Below are positions 30,890-40,263 of a stretch of DNA of 46,830 nucleotides, piece by piece. Position 1 is the first letter of the stretch. Each line of letters opens with the position of its first letter. The position numbers and the translations under genes were made by a program. The notes under the pieces are model-generated. The model ran no database searches. It worked only from the letters and a program-made list of their open reading frames with translations, and was not told the DNA's origin. The DNA is from Verrucomicrobiales bacterium (GTDB taxonomy: Bacteria; Verrucomicrobiota; Verrucomicrobiia; Limisphaerales; Palsa-1400): NCBI GenBank assembly GCA_003138485.1, contig PLGF01000083.1, forward strand, positions 50,333 through 97,162, read 5' to 3'.

Positions 30890-31489
30890 CTACACAGACA
30901 CGATGGCGCGCTCGTTTTTTATCAGGGGGCGCACGTCCACCGCCTCCATGCCGGCGGCGCGAATGGCTTCCAGGCCCAGTTCTGTATCCTCGTAGGCGCG
31001 GCAGTATCGCGGCGGCACGCCCAGACGGCGGGCGGCTTCCAGATAGATGTCCGGCGCCGGCTTCTGGCGGACGACGTCTTCGCTCGTGACGACGGCCTGA
31101 AAGAACCGCTGGAGGGCCAGGTGATTGAGCACTTTGTCGATGACGGTGCGCAGTCCGCCGGACGCCACTGCCATCGGAATTTTTCCGAAGTTTTCCCGCG
31201 CAATGTTCACGATGACGGGGATCGGCTGGATGTCCTGAAGGCGCAGGAGGTAAAGGTCTTCTTTTTCCCGCGAGGCGGCGACGGGGTCAAGCTGGCGGCC
31301 TTGTTCCTGGCCGAGCATTTTAAGAATGTCGCGCGAGGGGACGCCTCCCAGGGCGTAAAAGCGGTCTTCTGGAAAAACCAGTTGATGGCGCCGGGCCACC
31401 TCCTGCCATGCCTCCCAGTGCAGGGGCATGGTGTCGGCAAGTGTGCCGTCGCAATCAAAGATCAAGGCTTGTGGAGAAGTCAGAGTCAT
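30890..31489 (-). CDS. HAD-superfamily phosphatase (YqaB/beta-PGM-like, subfamily IA)
   Basis: ALIFDCDGTLADTM, AVASGG, KPAPDIYL, YEDTELGLEAIRAAGM. The real start is ATG 31489, overlapping the prfA stop (ATGA). Confidence 0.9.
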   Translation of the reverse strand: MTLTSPQALIFDCDGTLADTMPLHWEAWQEVARRHQLVFPEDRFYALGGVPSRDILKMLGQEQGRQLDPVAASREKEDLYLLRLQDIQPIPVIVNIARENFGKIPMAVASGGLRTVIDKVLNHLALQRFFQAVVTSEDVVRQKPAPDIYLEAARRLGVPPRYCRAYEDTELGLEAIRAAGMEAVDVRPLIKNERAIVSV

Positions 31490-32565
31490 AGTTTCAAGGC
31501 GGCCAGGCGCTCTTCCATGTCGTTGGCCATGAGCGGCTCGATGATGCCGTCCAGGCTGCCGTCGATAAACGTGGGCAGGTTGTAAAGGGTCAGTTCGATG
31601 CGATGATCGGTGACGCGGTTTTGCGGAAAATTGTAGGTGCGGATGCGCTCGTTGCGTTCGCCGGTGCCGACTTGTTCCTTGCGGCGCGCGGCGTACTTGG
31701 CGTCTTCCTCGGCGACCTTGATTTCCAGCAGGCGCGAGCGCAGGACGGTCATTGCCTTGACCTTGTTTTTCTGCTGGGACCGCTCGTCGGCGCAGCGGAC
31801 GATCATGCCGGTGGGTTTGTAGATGATCTGCACGGCGGAATCGGTCGTATTGACGCCCTGGCCGCCTTTGCCGGAGGCGCGGCAGACGTTGATCTCCAAG
31901 TCCTCGGGCCGGATTTCCAGATCGACCTCCTGCGCTTCGGGCAGGACGGCAACGGTGGCAGTGCTGGTGTGAATGCGGCCCTGGGCTTCGGTGGCCGGGA
32001 CGCGTTGGACGCGGTGGACTCCGCTTTCGTATTTGAGGCGTTTGAAAACATCGACGCCGGTGACGCCAAAAATGATTTCCTTGAACCCGCCCAGATCGGA
32101 GGGGCTGCTGTCCATGCCCTCGGCCTTCCAGCCGCGCGAGGCCGCATAGCGGGTGTACATGCGGAAGAGGTCGGCGGCGAAGAGCGCCGATTCGGAGCCG
32201 CCTGCGCCGGCGCGGATTTCGATGATGGTGTTGCGGGAGTCGGCCGGGTCGGGCGGGGCCAACCCCATCTGGACGCGCCTGGCCAGGGACTGTTCTTCGG
32301 GCTGAAGCAGGGCGATTTCCTCCCTGGCCAATTGGGCCATTTCGCTCTCGGCAGGCTCGGTTTGGAGCGATTGGGCGTGCTCGGCCAGATCGGACTGGAC
32401 CTTGAGGTAGCGTTCGCCGGTGGTCGTCAAGTCCTTGAGGCGCGCGTATTCGCGCGAGAGTTCCTGGAGTTTGGCGGGGTTGCCCGGCAGCTTTGGATCG
32501 CTCAAAGCCGCTTCCACCTCGGCCAGGCGGCGCGCGAATTTCTCGATGTAAGGGCGGAGATTCAT
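31486..32565 (-). CDS. prfA: Peptide chain release factor 1
   Basis: EIRAGAGG, KYESGVHRVQRVPATEAQGRIHTST (PxT anticodon-mimic motif), GGQGVNTTDSAV, RIRTYNFPQNRVTDHRI. Confidence 0.97.
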   Translation of the reverse strand: MNLRPYIEKFARRLAEVEAALSDPKLPGNPAKLQELSREYARLKDLTTTGERYLKVQSDLAEHAQSLQTEPAESEMAQLAREEIALLQPEEQSLARRVQMGLAPPDPADSRNTIIEIRAGAGGSESALFAADLFRMYTRYAASRGWKAEGMDSSPSDLGGFKEIIFGVTGVDVFKRLKYESGVHRVQRVPATEAQGRIHTSTATVAVLPEAQEVDLEIRPEDLEINVCRASGKGGQGVNTTDSAVQIIYKPTGMIVRCADERSQQKNKVKAMTVLRSRLLEIKVAEEDAKYAARRKEQVGTGERNERIRTYNFPQNRVTDHRIELTLYNLPTFIDGSLDGIIEPLMANDMEERLAALKL

Positions 32566-32582
32566 TTCCGGGCCGGGGACCC

Positions 32583-32625
32583 AAAAAACAACCCGCCCGC
32601 CAGAGCGAAAACTTCGGCGGGCGGG
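32583..32625 (-). terminator. Rho-independent terminator downstream of rpmE
   Basis: Minus strand: CCCGCCCGCC, 14-nt loop, GGCGGGCGGG, then TTGTTTTTT. Confidence 0.75.
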
Positions 32626-32640
32626 ATGGGGGAAAGGGAG

Positions 32641-32886
32641 CTAGCGCTTCTTTTTCTTGCTGGCGGCCTGGGCGGCCTGGGCAGCCTGCGTTTTGACCAT
32701 GCGTTGCTGGAATTTATCGACGCGCCCGGCGGTATCGACGAACTTCTGCGTGCCGGTGTAAAAGGGGTGGCAGACGTTGCAAATGCCCACCAAAATGGTT
32801 GGTTTGGTGGATCGGGTTTTGATGACGTTGCCGCAGGCGCAACGAATCTCCGCCGCCACATATTTAGGATGTATAGTCGCCTTCAT
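32641..32886 (-). CDS. rpmE: 50S ribosomal protein L31, Zn-binding type
   Basis: MKATIHPKY...CACGN...[25 protein letters not shown]. Start trimmed to ATG 32886. Confidence 0.96.
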   Translation of the reverse strand: MKATIHPKYVAAEIRCACGNVIKTRSTKPTILVGICNVCHPFYTGTQKFVDTAGRVDKFQQRMVKTQAAQAAQAASKKKKR

Positions 32887-32902
32887 AGAAGCAAGGGCGC
32901 AC

Positions 32903-32930
32903 AACCTACCAGCGCCGGGCGGGATGGCAA
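32903..32930 (-). promoter_or_regulatory. Candidate rpmE promoter TTGCCA-N16-TAGGTT with extended TG
   Basis: ttgcca tcccgcccggcgctgg taggtt, 16 nt before the ATG. Confidence 0.55.
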
Positions 32931-32941
32931 GCCCTATTTTT

Positions 32942-33286
32942 TCAAGTGTCCACTTCCATCGAAGCCAGCTCCAATTCGCGGCCGGCGCGGAGTTCGCCGC
33001 TGGGGTTGTGGCAATCGGGGCATTCGGAATAAAGGTTGGCGGAGACAAATTCCCGGCGGCAGGCGGCGCACCAGAATCGCGCCGGCACTTCCTCTATGGT
33101 CAATACCGCCCCCTGGGCGCAGGTCCCGTCGGTGACGGCTTCGAAGGCGAAGCGAAGGGCGTCGGGCACGACGCCGCTCAGAGCGCCGACGCGGAGGCGG
33201 ATTTCATGGACGCGCGTGGCCCCGGCCTGGCGGGCTTCGCGCAAAACCTGGCTGATGGCGCTTTGCATGATGGAATACTCATGCAT
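32942..33286 (-). CDS. hypA: Hydrogenase nickel metallochaperone HypA
   Basis: MHEYSI, VGALSGV, CAAC...CPDC, GRELEL. Confidence 0.95.
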   Translation of the reverse strand: MHEYSIMQSAISQVLREARQAGATRVHEIRLRVGALSGVVPDALRFAFEAVTDGTCAQGAVLTIEEVPARFWCAACRREFVSANLYSECPDCHNPSGELRAGRELELASMEVDT

Positions 33287-33291
33287 CCGCG

Positions 33292-33828
33292 CTAAATTTT
33301 CTCCGCCTTTTCATAGACAACCATCTCACCCTCGCCGCGGAGGTCGGAGGGATGGTAGCGCGGGATGGGCATTTGCAATTGCTTGAATTCGACCGGCGAC
33401 ACTTTTTTGTCCACCAGGCCGACGGCCACGGCGACGCCGTAGATGATGGCTTCAGGGCGCGGCGGGCAGCCTGGGATGTAGAAGTTGACGGGGATGACTT
33501 TTTCAACCGGGCCGAGCACGGGGTAGGAATCGTGCCAGATGCCGCCGCCGCAGGCGCAGCCGCCGATGGCAAAGACGAGCTTGGGAGCGGGCATGGCGTC
33601 ATAGGCGCAACGCAGGGCGCGCGCGGTGGAGCGCATGGCCGGCCCCTGGCAGAGCATGACGTCGGCGTGCCGCGGGGAGCCGACCAGCTTGATGCCGAAG
33701 CGCTCGACATCATAGTAGGGAGTCAGGACATTGAGGACCTCGATGTCGCAGCCGTTGCAGCCGCCGCTATTGGCATGGTAAACCCAGAGTGAGCGGCCGA
33801 ACATTTTCTGGCAAAGATTTCTCAGCAT
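33292..33828 (-). CDS. Group 4 [NiFe]-hydrogenase small subunit (HycG/EchC/NuoB-like)
   Basis: GGCNGCDIE, SPRHAD, GGCACGGG, PGCPPRP. Confidence 0.92.
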   Translation of the reverse strand: MLRNLCQKMFGRSLWVYHANSGGCNGCDIEVLNVLTPYYDVERFGIKLVGSPRHADVMLCQGPAMRSTARALRCAYDAMPAPKLVFAIGGCACGGGIWHDSYPVLGPVEKVIPVNFYIPGCPPRPEAIIYGVAVAVGLVDKKVSPVEFKQLQMPIPRYHPSDLRGEGEMVVYEKAEKI

Positions 33829-33833
33829 GGGGT

Positions 33834-34358
33834 TTAATCCAGTTCGATTTTGATGTCATCGACCAGCGGTTCGGATTCCAGGAAGGAGCGGGAGCGGAAA
33901 ATCCAGCGTTCGTTTTCCAGATCGTCAAAGCGGTAGCCCTTCAGCTTGAGCTGTTCCAGGGGCGAGGTTTCCTTGAAACAACGGCCGCACCGCTGGCAGG
34001 TGCTCATAAACAAATCCAGGCGCTGATGCACGTCGCTGATCTTGTTGGTGGCGGTTTCAAACTCGTGGCTCATGGTGATGGCTTTCTCCGGGCAGACATC
34101 CGAGCAGCGTCCGCAGTAGGTGCAGCGGCGGCCCAGGTATTTGAGGATGCGAACTTCCTGGCAGACATCGAGCACGAGGATTTCGCGGGCCGGACAGTTG
34201 TTGGCGCAGGCGGCGCAGCCGATGCATTTCTGGGCGTCGAAGATGGGCCGACCGCGGAAGTTCTCCGGCACGGGCCGCGGGTGGGCGGGGTAATCAAGGG
34301 TGACGCGGCCGGCTTTGAGGCCGACCATCGCTTCTTTGAATTTGCTTGTCAGGGACAT
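33834..34358 (-). CDS. 4Fe-4S subunit of the group 4 hydrogenase (HycF/NuoI-like)
   Basis: TLDYP...FRGRP, CIGCAACANNCP, CTYCGRCSDVCP, CQRCG. Start trimmed to ATG 34358, with GGAG RBS. Confidence 0.9.
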   Translation of the reverse strand: MSLTSKFKEAMVGLKAGRVTLDYPAHPRPVPENFRGRPIFDAQKCIGCAACANNCPAREILVLDVCQEVRILKYLGRRCTYCGRCSDVCPEKAITMSHEFETATNKISDVHQRLDLFMSTCQRCGRCFKETSPLEQLKLKGYRFDDLENERWIFRSRSFLESEPLVDDIKIELD

Positions 34359-34371
34359 GATAGCATCTCCA

Positions 34372-35298
34372 TCAATGACCGTAACCCGCCAGAGCCAGCG
34401 CCGCGAAGGCCACGACGAGCAGGCCGGCGAAGTAACGGAGGGCCTGGTCAATCCGGTAGCGGGCGTGGGTCGCGGCGACGGCCGTGACGACCAGGACGAT
34501 GACCAGCACTTTGGCCCAGAAGAGCAGCCAGCCCAACGGGAAAGGCAGGCCCGATCCCCACGGCACAAAGAGCGCCGCGAACAACGCGCTGTGAATGACC
34601 AGCCGCGCCATCTGCGCGTACTTGAACAGCGCCAGCTTGGGGCCGGAGTATTCCATCAGCGGCCCTTCCATTATTTCCGTCTCGGCCTCGGATATGTCAA
34701 AGGGCACCCGCTGGACAAAGGCCTGGAAAGACAGCCCCATCACCACCAGCAAAATCAAGCCCGACCACGGAATGCCTGGCACGGCATAAACCGAGCCGTT
34801 CAAGACGGCGTCGAGCCGGAAGGACCCCGCGTGGACCGCGCCGGCAAGAAGAGCGATGGCAAACAAAGGCTCCAAGGCGATCATTGTCATCATCTCCCGG
34901 CCGATGCCCAAGAGCGAATAAGTCGATCCCGCCGCCAGGCCGCCGAGCAGTGTGCATATCCCGCAGAGGGTCAGCAGGTAGATGAGGAGAATGATGTCGC
35001 CCGCGCCATTCATGGGGGCGGGAAAGCCCATGGGCACCAGGCAGGCGGTCGTCAGCGCCGCGGCCAGCGCGAGCCGGGCGACAAATCGTTGCAGGGCGGG
35101 TGATTCGCCCGATTCAATGTCCTCCTTGCCCAGAAGCTTGAGCAGGTCGAAGTAGGGCTGCCAGAGGGGCGGACCGCGGCGCGATTGCAGACACGCGGTG
35201 ACCTTGCGCAGGATGCCTTCGCACAACGGCGCGATGAGCAGGACCACGACGACGTTGGCCAACCCGCCCGCAATCATCCGAATGACGTTAGGATTCAT
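34372..35298 (-). CDS. Membrane subunit of the group 4 hydrogenase (HycD/NuoH-like)
   Basis: RKVTACLQSRRGPPLWQPYFDLLKL, RVPFDISEAETEIMEGPLMEYSG. Start ATG 35298, with AAGGAG RBS. Confidence 0.92.
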   Translation of the reverse strand: MNPNVIRMIAGGLANVVVVLLIAPLCEGILRKVTACLQSRRGPPLWQPYFDLLKLLGKEDIESGESPALQRFVARLALAAALTTACLVPMGFPAPMNGAGDIILLIYLLTLCGICTLLGGLAAGSTYSLLGIGREMMTMIALEPLFAIALLAGAVHAGSFRLDAVLNGSVYAVPGIPWSGLILLVVMGLSFQAFVQRVPFDISEAETEIMEGPLMEYSGPKLALFKYAQMARLVIHSALFAALFVPWGSGLPFPLGWLLFWAKVLVIVLVVTAVAATHARYRIDQALRYFAGLLVVAFAALALAGYGH

Positions 35299-37000
35299 CT
35301 GACTCCTTTGCGGATGACTCCGCGGCAATCCCCCTGGCGCGCGCCAGCTTGAGCAATTCCTCCGGGGACCAGACCTTGACGGCGCCCGAGCGGAGGTCGA
35401 TGGTTTCGAGGCGGTCCGTGCAGGAGAAGCACGGGTCGATGCTGCCCAGGGAAATGGTCATGTCGGCCAGTTGCTGGTCCTTGATCATGGCGGGAACGCC
35501 CTGGAGGTTCTGATAGGTGGGGGCGCGCACGCGCCAGCGGCGCGGGCGGTTGTTCTCGCCGGTGATGACGAAATGATGGCACTCGCCGCGCGGCGCTTCG
35601 ACCGAAGAGATGCCCAGGCGGCCGACGGGCAGTTCGTCCTTGATCTCCAACTGGATCGGGCCGCTTTCCATTTTGTCCAGGCATTGGCGGATGATTTTGA
35701 TTGACTCAAACACTTCGCGCGCCCGCACCACCAGGCGCGACCAGACGTCGCCGTCGGGGGCGGTGATGACATCGAAGTCCACGCGGTCATAAGCGGCGTA
35801 GGGGTGGTCGCGGCGGCAATCAATCCCGACGCCCGCCGCGCGCGCCACCGGGCCGATCAGCCCGGCTTCCTTGACAAGATTGCGGTCGGCGACGCCGACG
35901 CCGCGGGTGCGCTTCTGGATGTTGCGGTCCTGGAGCACGGCGGCGGTGACGGCCTGCCATTCGGTTTCGAGGCGGGCGAGCACCTGGCGGAGTTCGTCTT
36001 CCAACGCGGGCGTCAAATCCCGGCGGACGCCGCCGATGACGCAGAGGCCGTAGGTCTTGCGGTTGCCGGTGATTTTCTCGGCAATCCACATGACCGGTTC
36101 GCGAATGCGGAAGGCTTGCATGAACAAAGTGTCAAAGCCGACGATGTGGCAGGCCAGGCCGACCCAGAGGAGGTGGCTGTGAAGGCGTTCGAGTTCGAGG
36201 AGGATGGAGCGGAGGTACTCGGCGCGCGGCGGGGCCTGCAAGGCGGCGGCGGCTTCGACGGCCTGCGCGTAGGTGACATTATGCACGCAGCCGCAGATGC
36301 CGCAGATGCGCTCGGCCATGATCGGGATGTCGTTGTAGCCCAGAACGGACTCGGCCAGTTTCTCGATGCCGCGATGGACCATGAAGCCGCGGTATTCGCA
36401 GCCGCGCACCCGCTCCCCTTCGACGTAGAGCCGGAAATGGGCAGGCTCGTCGAGGGTGGGATGAAACGGGCCGAAGGGCACGACCGTGCAACCCTCCGGC
36501 GGTTCGTCGAACTTGAATTCGCGCTCGTCATCGTAGTCATCGGGGACGAAATTCCACGGAATGTCCTTGCGCAGCGGGTGGACCCCATCGGGCCAGCCGT
36601 CCGGCAGGACCAGGCGTTTCGGATACGGGTGGCCGGACAGTTCGATTCCGACCAGATCGCGCAATTCGCGCTCGGCCCAGTTGGCCGCCGGCACGACCGT
36701 CGAGATGCTCTCCACACAGGGTTGGCTGGCGGGAATTTCGGTCAGGATGCTGCAAAGCAGGTGGTCGCGATCAAACGCGAAATTGTGCGCCACCAGGAAC
36801 GAGCCGGAAAACGACCGGTCATCCGCGCCAATGCTCGTGATGAAACGGGCATCCAGGTCGCGAAAAACGTATTCGCAGACGGCCTTCAGCGCGGACGCTT
36901 CGACGAAGACAAACAAGCAATGATCCGAGGGGATATCCGCCCGCCGGATGGCGGGGCCTAACTTCGCCTTCAACTGATCGAGTTTTTCGCGCGCCTTCAT
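35288..37000 (-). CDS. Group 4 [NiFe]-hydrogenase large subunit (HycE-like NuoC-D fusion with cleavable C-terminal extension)
   Basis: L1 motif ERICGICG, L2 motif DPCFSCTDR followed by a tail of about 40 aa; WAERE, HPLRKD, HRGIEK, EAPRGE. Confidence 0.95.
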   Translation of the reverse strand: MKAREKLDQLKAKLGPAIRRADIPSDHCLFVFVEASALKAVCEYVFRDLDARFITSIGADDRSFSGSFLVAHNFAFDRDHLLCSILTEIPASQPCVESISTVVPAANWAERELRDLVGIELSGHPYPKRLVLPDGWPDGVHPLRKDIPWNFVPDDYDDEREFKFDEPPEGCTVVPFGPFHPTLDEPAHFRLYVEGERVRGCEYRGFMVHRGIEKLAESVLGYNDIPIMAERICGICGCVHNVTYAQAVEAAAALQAPPRAEYLRSILLELERLHSHLLWVGLACHIVGFDTLFMQAFRIREPVMWIAEKITGNRKTYGLCVIGGVRRDLTPALEDELRQVLARLETEWQAVTAAVLQDRNIQKRTRGVGVADRNLVKEAGLIGPVARAAGVGIDCRRDHPYAAYDRVDFDVITAPDGDVWSRLVVRAREVFESIKIIRQCLDKMESGPIQLEIKDELPVGRLGISSVEAPRGECHHFVITGENNRPRRWRVRAPTYQNLQGVPAMIKDQQLADMTISLGSIDPCFSCTDRLETIDLRSGAVKVWSPEELLKLARARGIAAESSAKESDES

Positions 37001-37001
37001 T

Positions 37002-38930
37002 TCAGTGTTCTTTCGGGGCGGCGGAATTCACGGACGGCGCCGGGGGCGCGCCGCCGAGCCAGCGGAAATAACGTTTGATCTCGCCGTAATAGCCATGCGC
37101 CACGTAGCGGTTACATTCGGCTTCGCGCGCGTAACCGCAAAGCCACGGAGGCGCGGCGCGGCTGGGAGCGGCGCCGAGCCTTGAAATGAACCGGGCCGCC
37201 AGAAACGCCAGCCCCAGGACGGCCAGCAACGCCAGCGGAACGAAGATTGAATGCGACTCGACCCCGGAAAGGCCGGTCCATAGGCCGCCGGAGAATGCCG
37301 GGGCGCCGCCAAGGGTCTTGCCAAAGCCTTGCGGGCTTGCCGCCAGCGCGGCATGGACGAGGCCGTAACCAATGGCTGGCATGATCCCGAACATCAGGCA
37401 GATCAGCGCCAGCAACAGTTGGGGCATTTGCATCATCGCGCCAACTTCAAGCCGTCCCCGGCCCGCCGCCCTCTCCTTGACCAGCGCGCTGGTGCGCGAA
37501 AGGAAACTTGCGCCAAAGAACTTCACGAAAGAAGCCAGGGTCAGCGCGCTCGTCAGAATGGCAATGGCGGCGCAGACCGACAGATAGCCCGCCAGACTGC
37601 TGCCTTGCACCGTCGCGACGTAAATGGTCCATTTGCTGGCGAAGCCGCTGAAGAGCGGGACGCCCGAAATGGACAGGGAAGCAACCAGCGCCGTGGCGGC
37701 CGTCAGAGGCATATACTTGAGCAATCCACCCATCTTATTCAAGTCCTGCGTGCCCGTGGCGTGCAGCATGGAGCCGGCATTGAGGAACAGGAGCGCCTTG
37801 AAGACGCCGTGGTTGAGGGTGTGAAAAAGCGCGCCGATCATGGCCAGCGCCGCCAACGAGGCCGCCGCCGGACCCGCCGCCGGCAGGAGGGCCATGCAGG
37901 CCCCAAAACCGAGGAGGATGTAGCCGACCTGGCCGATGCTGTGGAAGGCCAGCAGCCGCTTGGTCTGCTCCTGCTTGAGCGCCTGCATCGTGCCGGTGAA
38001 GAGCGAAATCGTCCCAAGCGCCGCCACCACCAGGCCCCAGCGGGCCAGGGGAAAGTCGGCCTGCCCGCCGGCGGGCACCAGCCACAGGAAATAACGCATC
38101 ACGCCATAGACCCCGGTCTTGATCATCACACCGGAGAGCATCGCGCTTACGGGCGACGGCGCCGCCGGGTGCGCGTCCGGCAACCACACCTGGCCGAAGG
38201 GCCACATCCCCATCTTGATGCCAAAACCGGCCAGGAACAGCCCGAATGCCAACGCCGCCAATACGGGTTGCGCGTGCAGCAAAGCCGGCAGGTTCGCGCT
38301 GACGGTGTCAAAGTCGTACTTCACCCCGGCGCTGGAATTGGCGGATGCGCCCGCGCCAGCCAGAATTTCCGCGCCGATAAGGGTCGCCGCGCAAGCTATT
38401 TGCATCATCAGCAGGAACTTGTTGGCCGCCCGGACGTTCTCCGGTTTCTTGTGCTCGAATCGGATGAGCGCGTAGCCGGGCAGGGTCATCATCTGCCAGA
38501 AAATGAAGAAAAACCACATCATGTCCGTCGTGCTCAACAGTCCGTACATCGCCGCCAGAAACAGGAGAAAATAAGGATAATACCGGGCAACGCCATACTC
38601 CGCGTAATGCTTCATATAGGCGATGGAATAAAACGAAGCCGGCACAGCGATCAGAGCCGCCAGCATCAGGAACAGCGCGGTCAACCCGTCCACATGCAGA
38701 CGCAAGGCGAATCCGATGGAAGGCACTTTGCAAAACACTTCGGAGCCGGCGGAGGCGCCGCCAGCCAGCACCGTCGCCACGGCGATGAAGATCAGCGTCG
38801 AAGTCGCGGCCGTTACCAGGAAGGCGATCCACCCTGCCAGCGTCCGGTTCCGCGCGGTAAGCAACGTCAGCGCCGCTCCGGCGACGCAGATGAGAATGGA
38901 GGCGAATACCGCCTGTTCGGGAGTCATCAT
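37002..38930 (-). CDS. Antiporter-like membrane subunit (HycC/HyfB; NuoL/M/N-MrpD family)
   Basis: Many TM helices; GFGIKMGMWPF, WLPDAHPAAPSPVSAMLSGVMIKTG, KRLLAFHSIGQVG, HGVFKALLFL, PLFSGFASKW. Confidence 0.92.
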   Translation of the reverse strand: MMTPEQAVFASILICVAGAALTLLTARNRTLAGWIAFLVTAATSTLIFIAVATVLAGGASAGSEVFCKVPSIGFALRLHVDGLTALFLMLAALIAVPASFYSIAYMKHYAEYGVARYYPYFLLFLAAMYGLLSTTDMMWFFFIFWQMMTLPGYALIRFEHKKPENVRAANKFLLMMQIACAATLIGAEILAGAGASANSSAGVKYDFDTVSANLPALLHAQPVLAALAFGLFLAGFGIKMGMWPFGQVWLPDAHPAAPSPVSAMLSGVMIKTGVYGVMRYFLWLVPAGGQADFPLARWGLVVAALGTISLFTGTMQALKQEQTKRLLAFHSIGQVGYILLGFGACMALLPAAGPAAASLAALAMIGALFHTLNHGVFKALLFLNAGSMLHATGTQDLNKMGGLLKYMPLTAATALVASLSISGVPLFSGFASKWTIYVATVQGSSLAGYLSVCAAIAILTSALTLASFVKFFGASFLSRTSALVKERAAGRGRLEVGAMMQMPQLLLALICLMFGIMPAIGYGLVHAALAASPQGFGKTLGGAPAFSGGLWTGLSGVESHSIFVPLALLAVLGLAFLAARFISRLGAAPSRAAPPWLCGYAREAECNRYVAHGYYGEIKRYFRWLGGAPPAPSVNSAAPKEH

Positions 38931-39415
38931 GATCGTGCTCCTTCGCTGACGACACTGCCAATGAGGGCGGTGAGTATGGCCAGGGTCGCCCGGATGGCGG
39001 GCGAAAGAGCGGGCGAGGGTTTCAAGGACGCCGGTTGCGCGCCCAGGAGCCAGACCCGCGTTTTGCCGCCGGTTTCAACGCACTTGGCCAGCGTTCCAAG
39101 GGAAAGGTTGTGGGTGGAAATCTGCGGGAAACGCGCCGCCATCTCCTCCGAACTCAGGAAAACCGTCGAACCGGGCGCCGCGCCAATGTCCACTGCGTCC
39201 AGGAAAACCAGGTGGTCAAATCCTGTGCCGGCACAGCTCGTCACCAGCCGCTCTGGATCGGTACCGGCGACGACCACGTCGGGCACGCCGGCGCGGGTCA
39301 GAGCCTCCGCCAGCCGCACTCCGAAGCCGTCGTCGCCGCCTTGGACGTTGCCCAGCCCCATGAAACAAACACGGCCCCGAAGGGCTGACTGAAGTTGTTG
39401 GCACAAGTCGGGCAT
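38927..39415 (-). CDS. Hydrogenase maturation endopeptidase (HycI-like)
   Basis: MGLGNVQGGDDGFG, GTDPE, LVFLDAVD, STHNLSL, LGAQP. Start ATG 39415 overlaps the upstream TGA. Confidence 0.88.
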   Translation of the reverse strand: MPDLCQQLQSALRGRVCFMGLGNVQGGDDGFGVRLAEALTRAGVPDVVVAGTDPERLVTSCAGTGFDHLVFLDAVDIGAAPGSTVFLSSEEMAARFPQISTHNLSLGTLAKCVETGGKTRVWLLGAQPASLKPSPALSPAIRATLAILTALIGSVVSEGARS

Positions 39416-40263
39416 CAGATGTCCTCCCCAAGCTTTTTGATTTGTTCGTACGTGAAAACGGGGCCGTCCACGCATATATAGGCGACGCCGATGCAGCAAT
39501 GGCCGCACTTGCCGACGCCGCATTTCATGTAGCGCTCGAGAGTGGACATGATGTGGTTTTCCTTGAAGCCCAGCGCCAGCAGGTCCTTGATGACGAAGCG
39601 GAACATGACCGGCGGCCCGCAGACAAAGGCGGTGGTGTTGTCCACCGGCATGTCCACGCCGCTCTTCTTGAAAAGGCTGCCAACGACGCCGACGTGGCCG
39701 TCCCAGCCGTTGGCGGCGCGATCCACGGTGAGATGACACTCCATGGCGCCGCCCTTCTCCCAGGCGCGCAAGTCTGTCAAGTACATCAATTCGCCGGGCG
39801 TTTTCGCGCCGTAAAACACCTGGATCCGACCATACTTCGCCCGGTTTTGCAGCGCATAGACGATGCAGGAGCGCAGGGGAATCAGCCCGATGCCGCCCGC
39901 GACGAAGGTGAGGTTCCTGCCTTCGTATTCCTCCATGGGAAAGCCGTTGCCGTAAGGGCCGCGCACGGCGAACTTGTCGCGCGGCTTGAGTTGATGGAGC
40001 GCGGAGGTGCAACTGCCGACCTGGCGGATGGTGAAGAAGGTTTCCTCCTCGGTCGGGCTGGGGGGAAGGGAGGCCGGGAATTCGCCGACGCCGAAAAGGG
40101 AAACCTGGGCGAACTGTCCGGGGCGGAAGTGTTTGAACTTCGCCTGCTCGGCCGGGTCCTCGAATCGCCAGTAAAATGTCTTTACCTCGGGGATGTCGTC
40201 CACCACCCGGTCCAGGACCGCCAGCTTGGGCAGATAAATATTCTCAGTGTTGGGCGGGTTCAT
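39415..40263 (-). CDS. FAD/NAD(P)-binding [2Fe-2S] subunit (AsrB/HydG/PyrK-like)
   Basis: FRPGQF, VRGPYGNGF, VAGGIGLIPLRS, CGPPVM, LERYMKCGVGKCGHC...CVDGPVF. Confidence 0.9.
   Translation of the reverse strand: MNPPNTENIYLPKLAVLDRVVDDIPEVKTFYWRFEDPAEQAKFKHFRPGQFAQVSLFGVGEFPASLPPSPTEEETFFTIRQVGSCTSALHQLKPRDKFAVRGPYGNGFPMEEYEGRNLTFVAGGIGLIPLRSCIVYALQNRAKYGRIQVFYGAKTPGELMYLTDLRAWEKGGAMECHLTVDRAANGWDGHVGVVGSLFKKSGVDMPVDNTTAFVCGPPVMFRFVIKDLLALGFKENHIMSTLERYMKCGVGKCGHCCIGVAYICVDGPVFTYEQIKKLGEDI

Noticed and set aside
30890-32584. 564-aa ORF suggesting a long N-terminal extension or RF1-HAD frameshift fusion
   Set aside because: The first 365 aa or so are Arg/Pro-rich alternate-frame read of prfA. 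HAD motif I begins right after ATG 31489, which overlaps the prfA stop. No slippery site was noticed, and programmed frameshifting is a prfB feature.
33292-38930. Complex I (nuo) or a hydrogenase-like Ehr/Mbx complex without Ni
   Set aside because: Both Ni-binding CxxC motifs, a cleavable C-terminal tail, a maturation protease and hypA are present.
38927-40012. 361-aa ORF as an extended maturation protease
   Set aside because: The upstream part is an alternate frame of the AsrB-like gene; the protease starts at ATG 39415.
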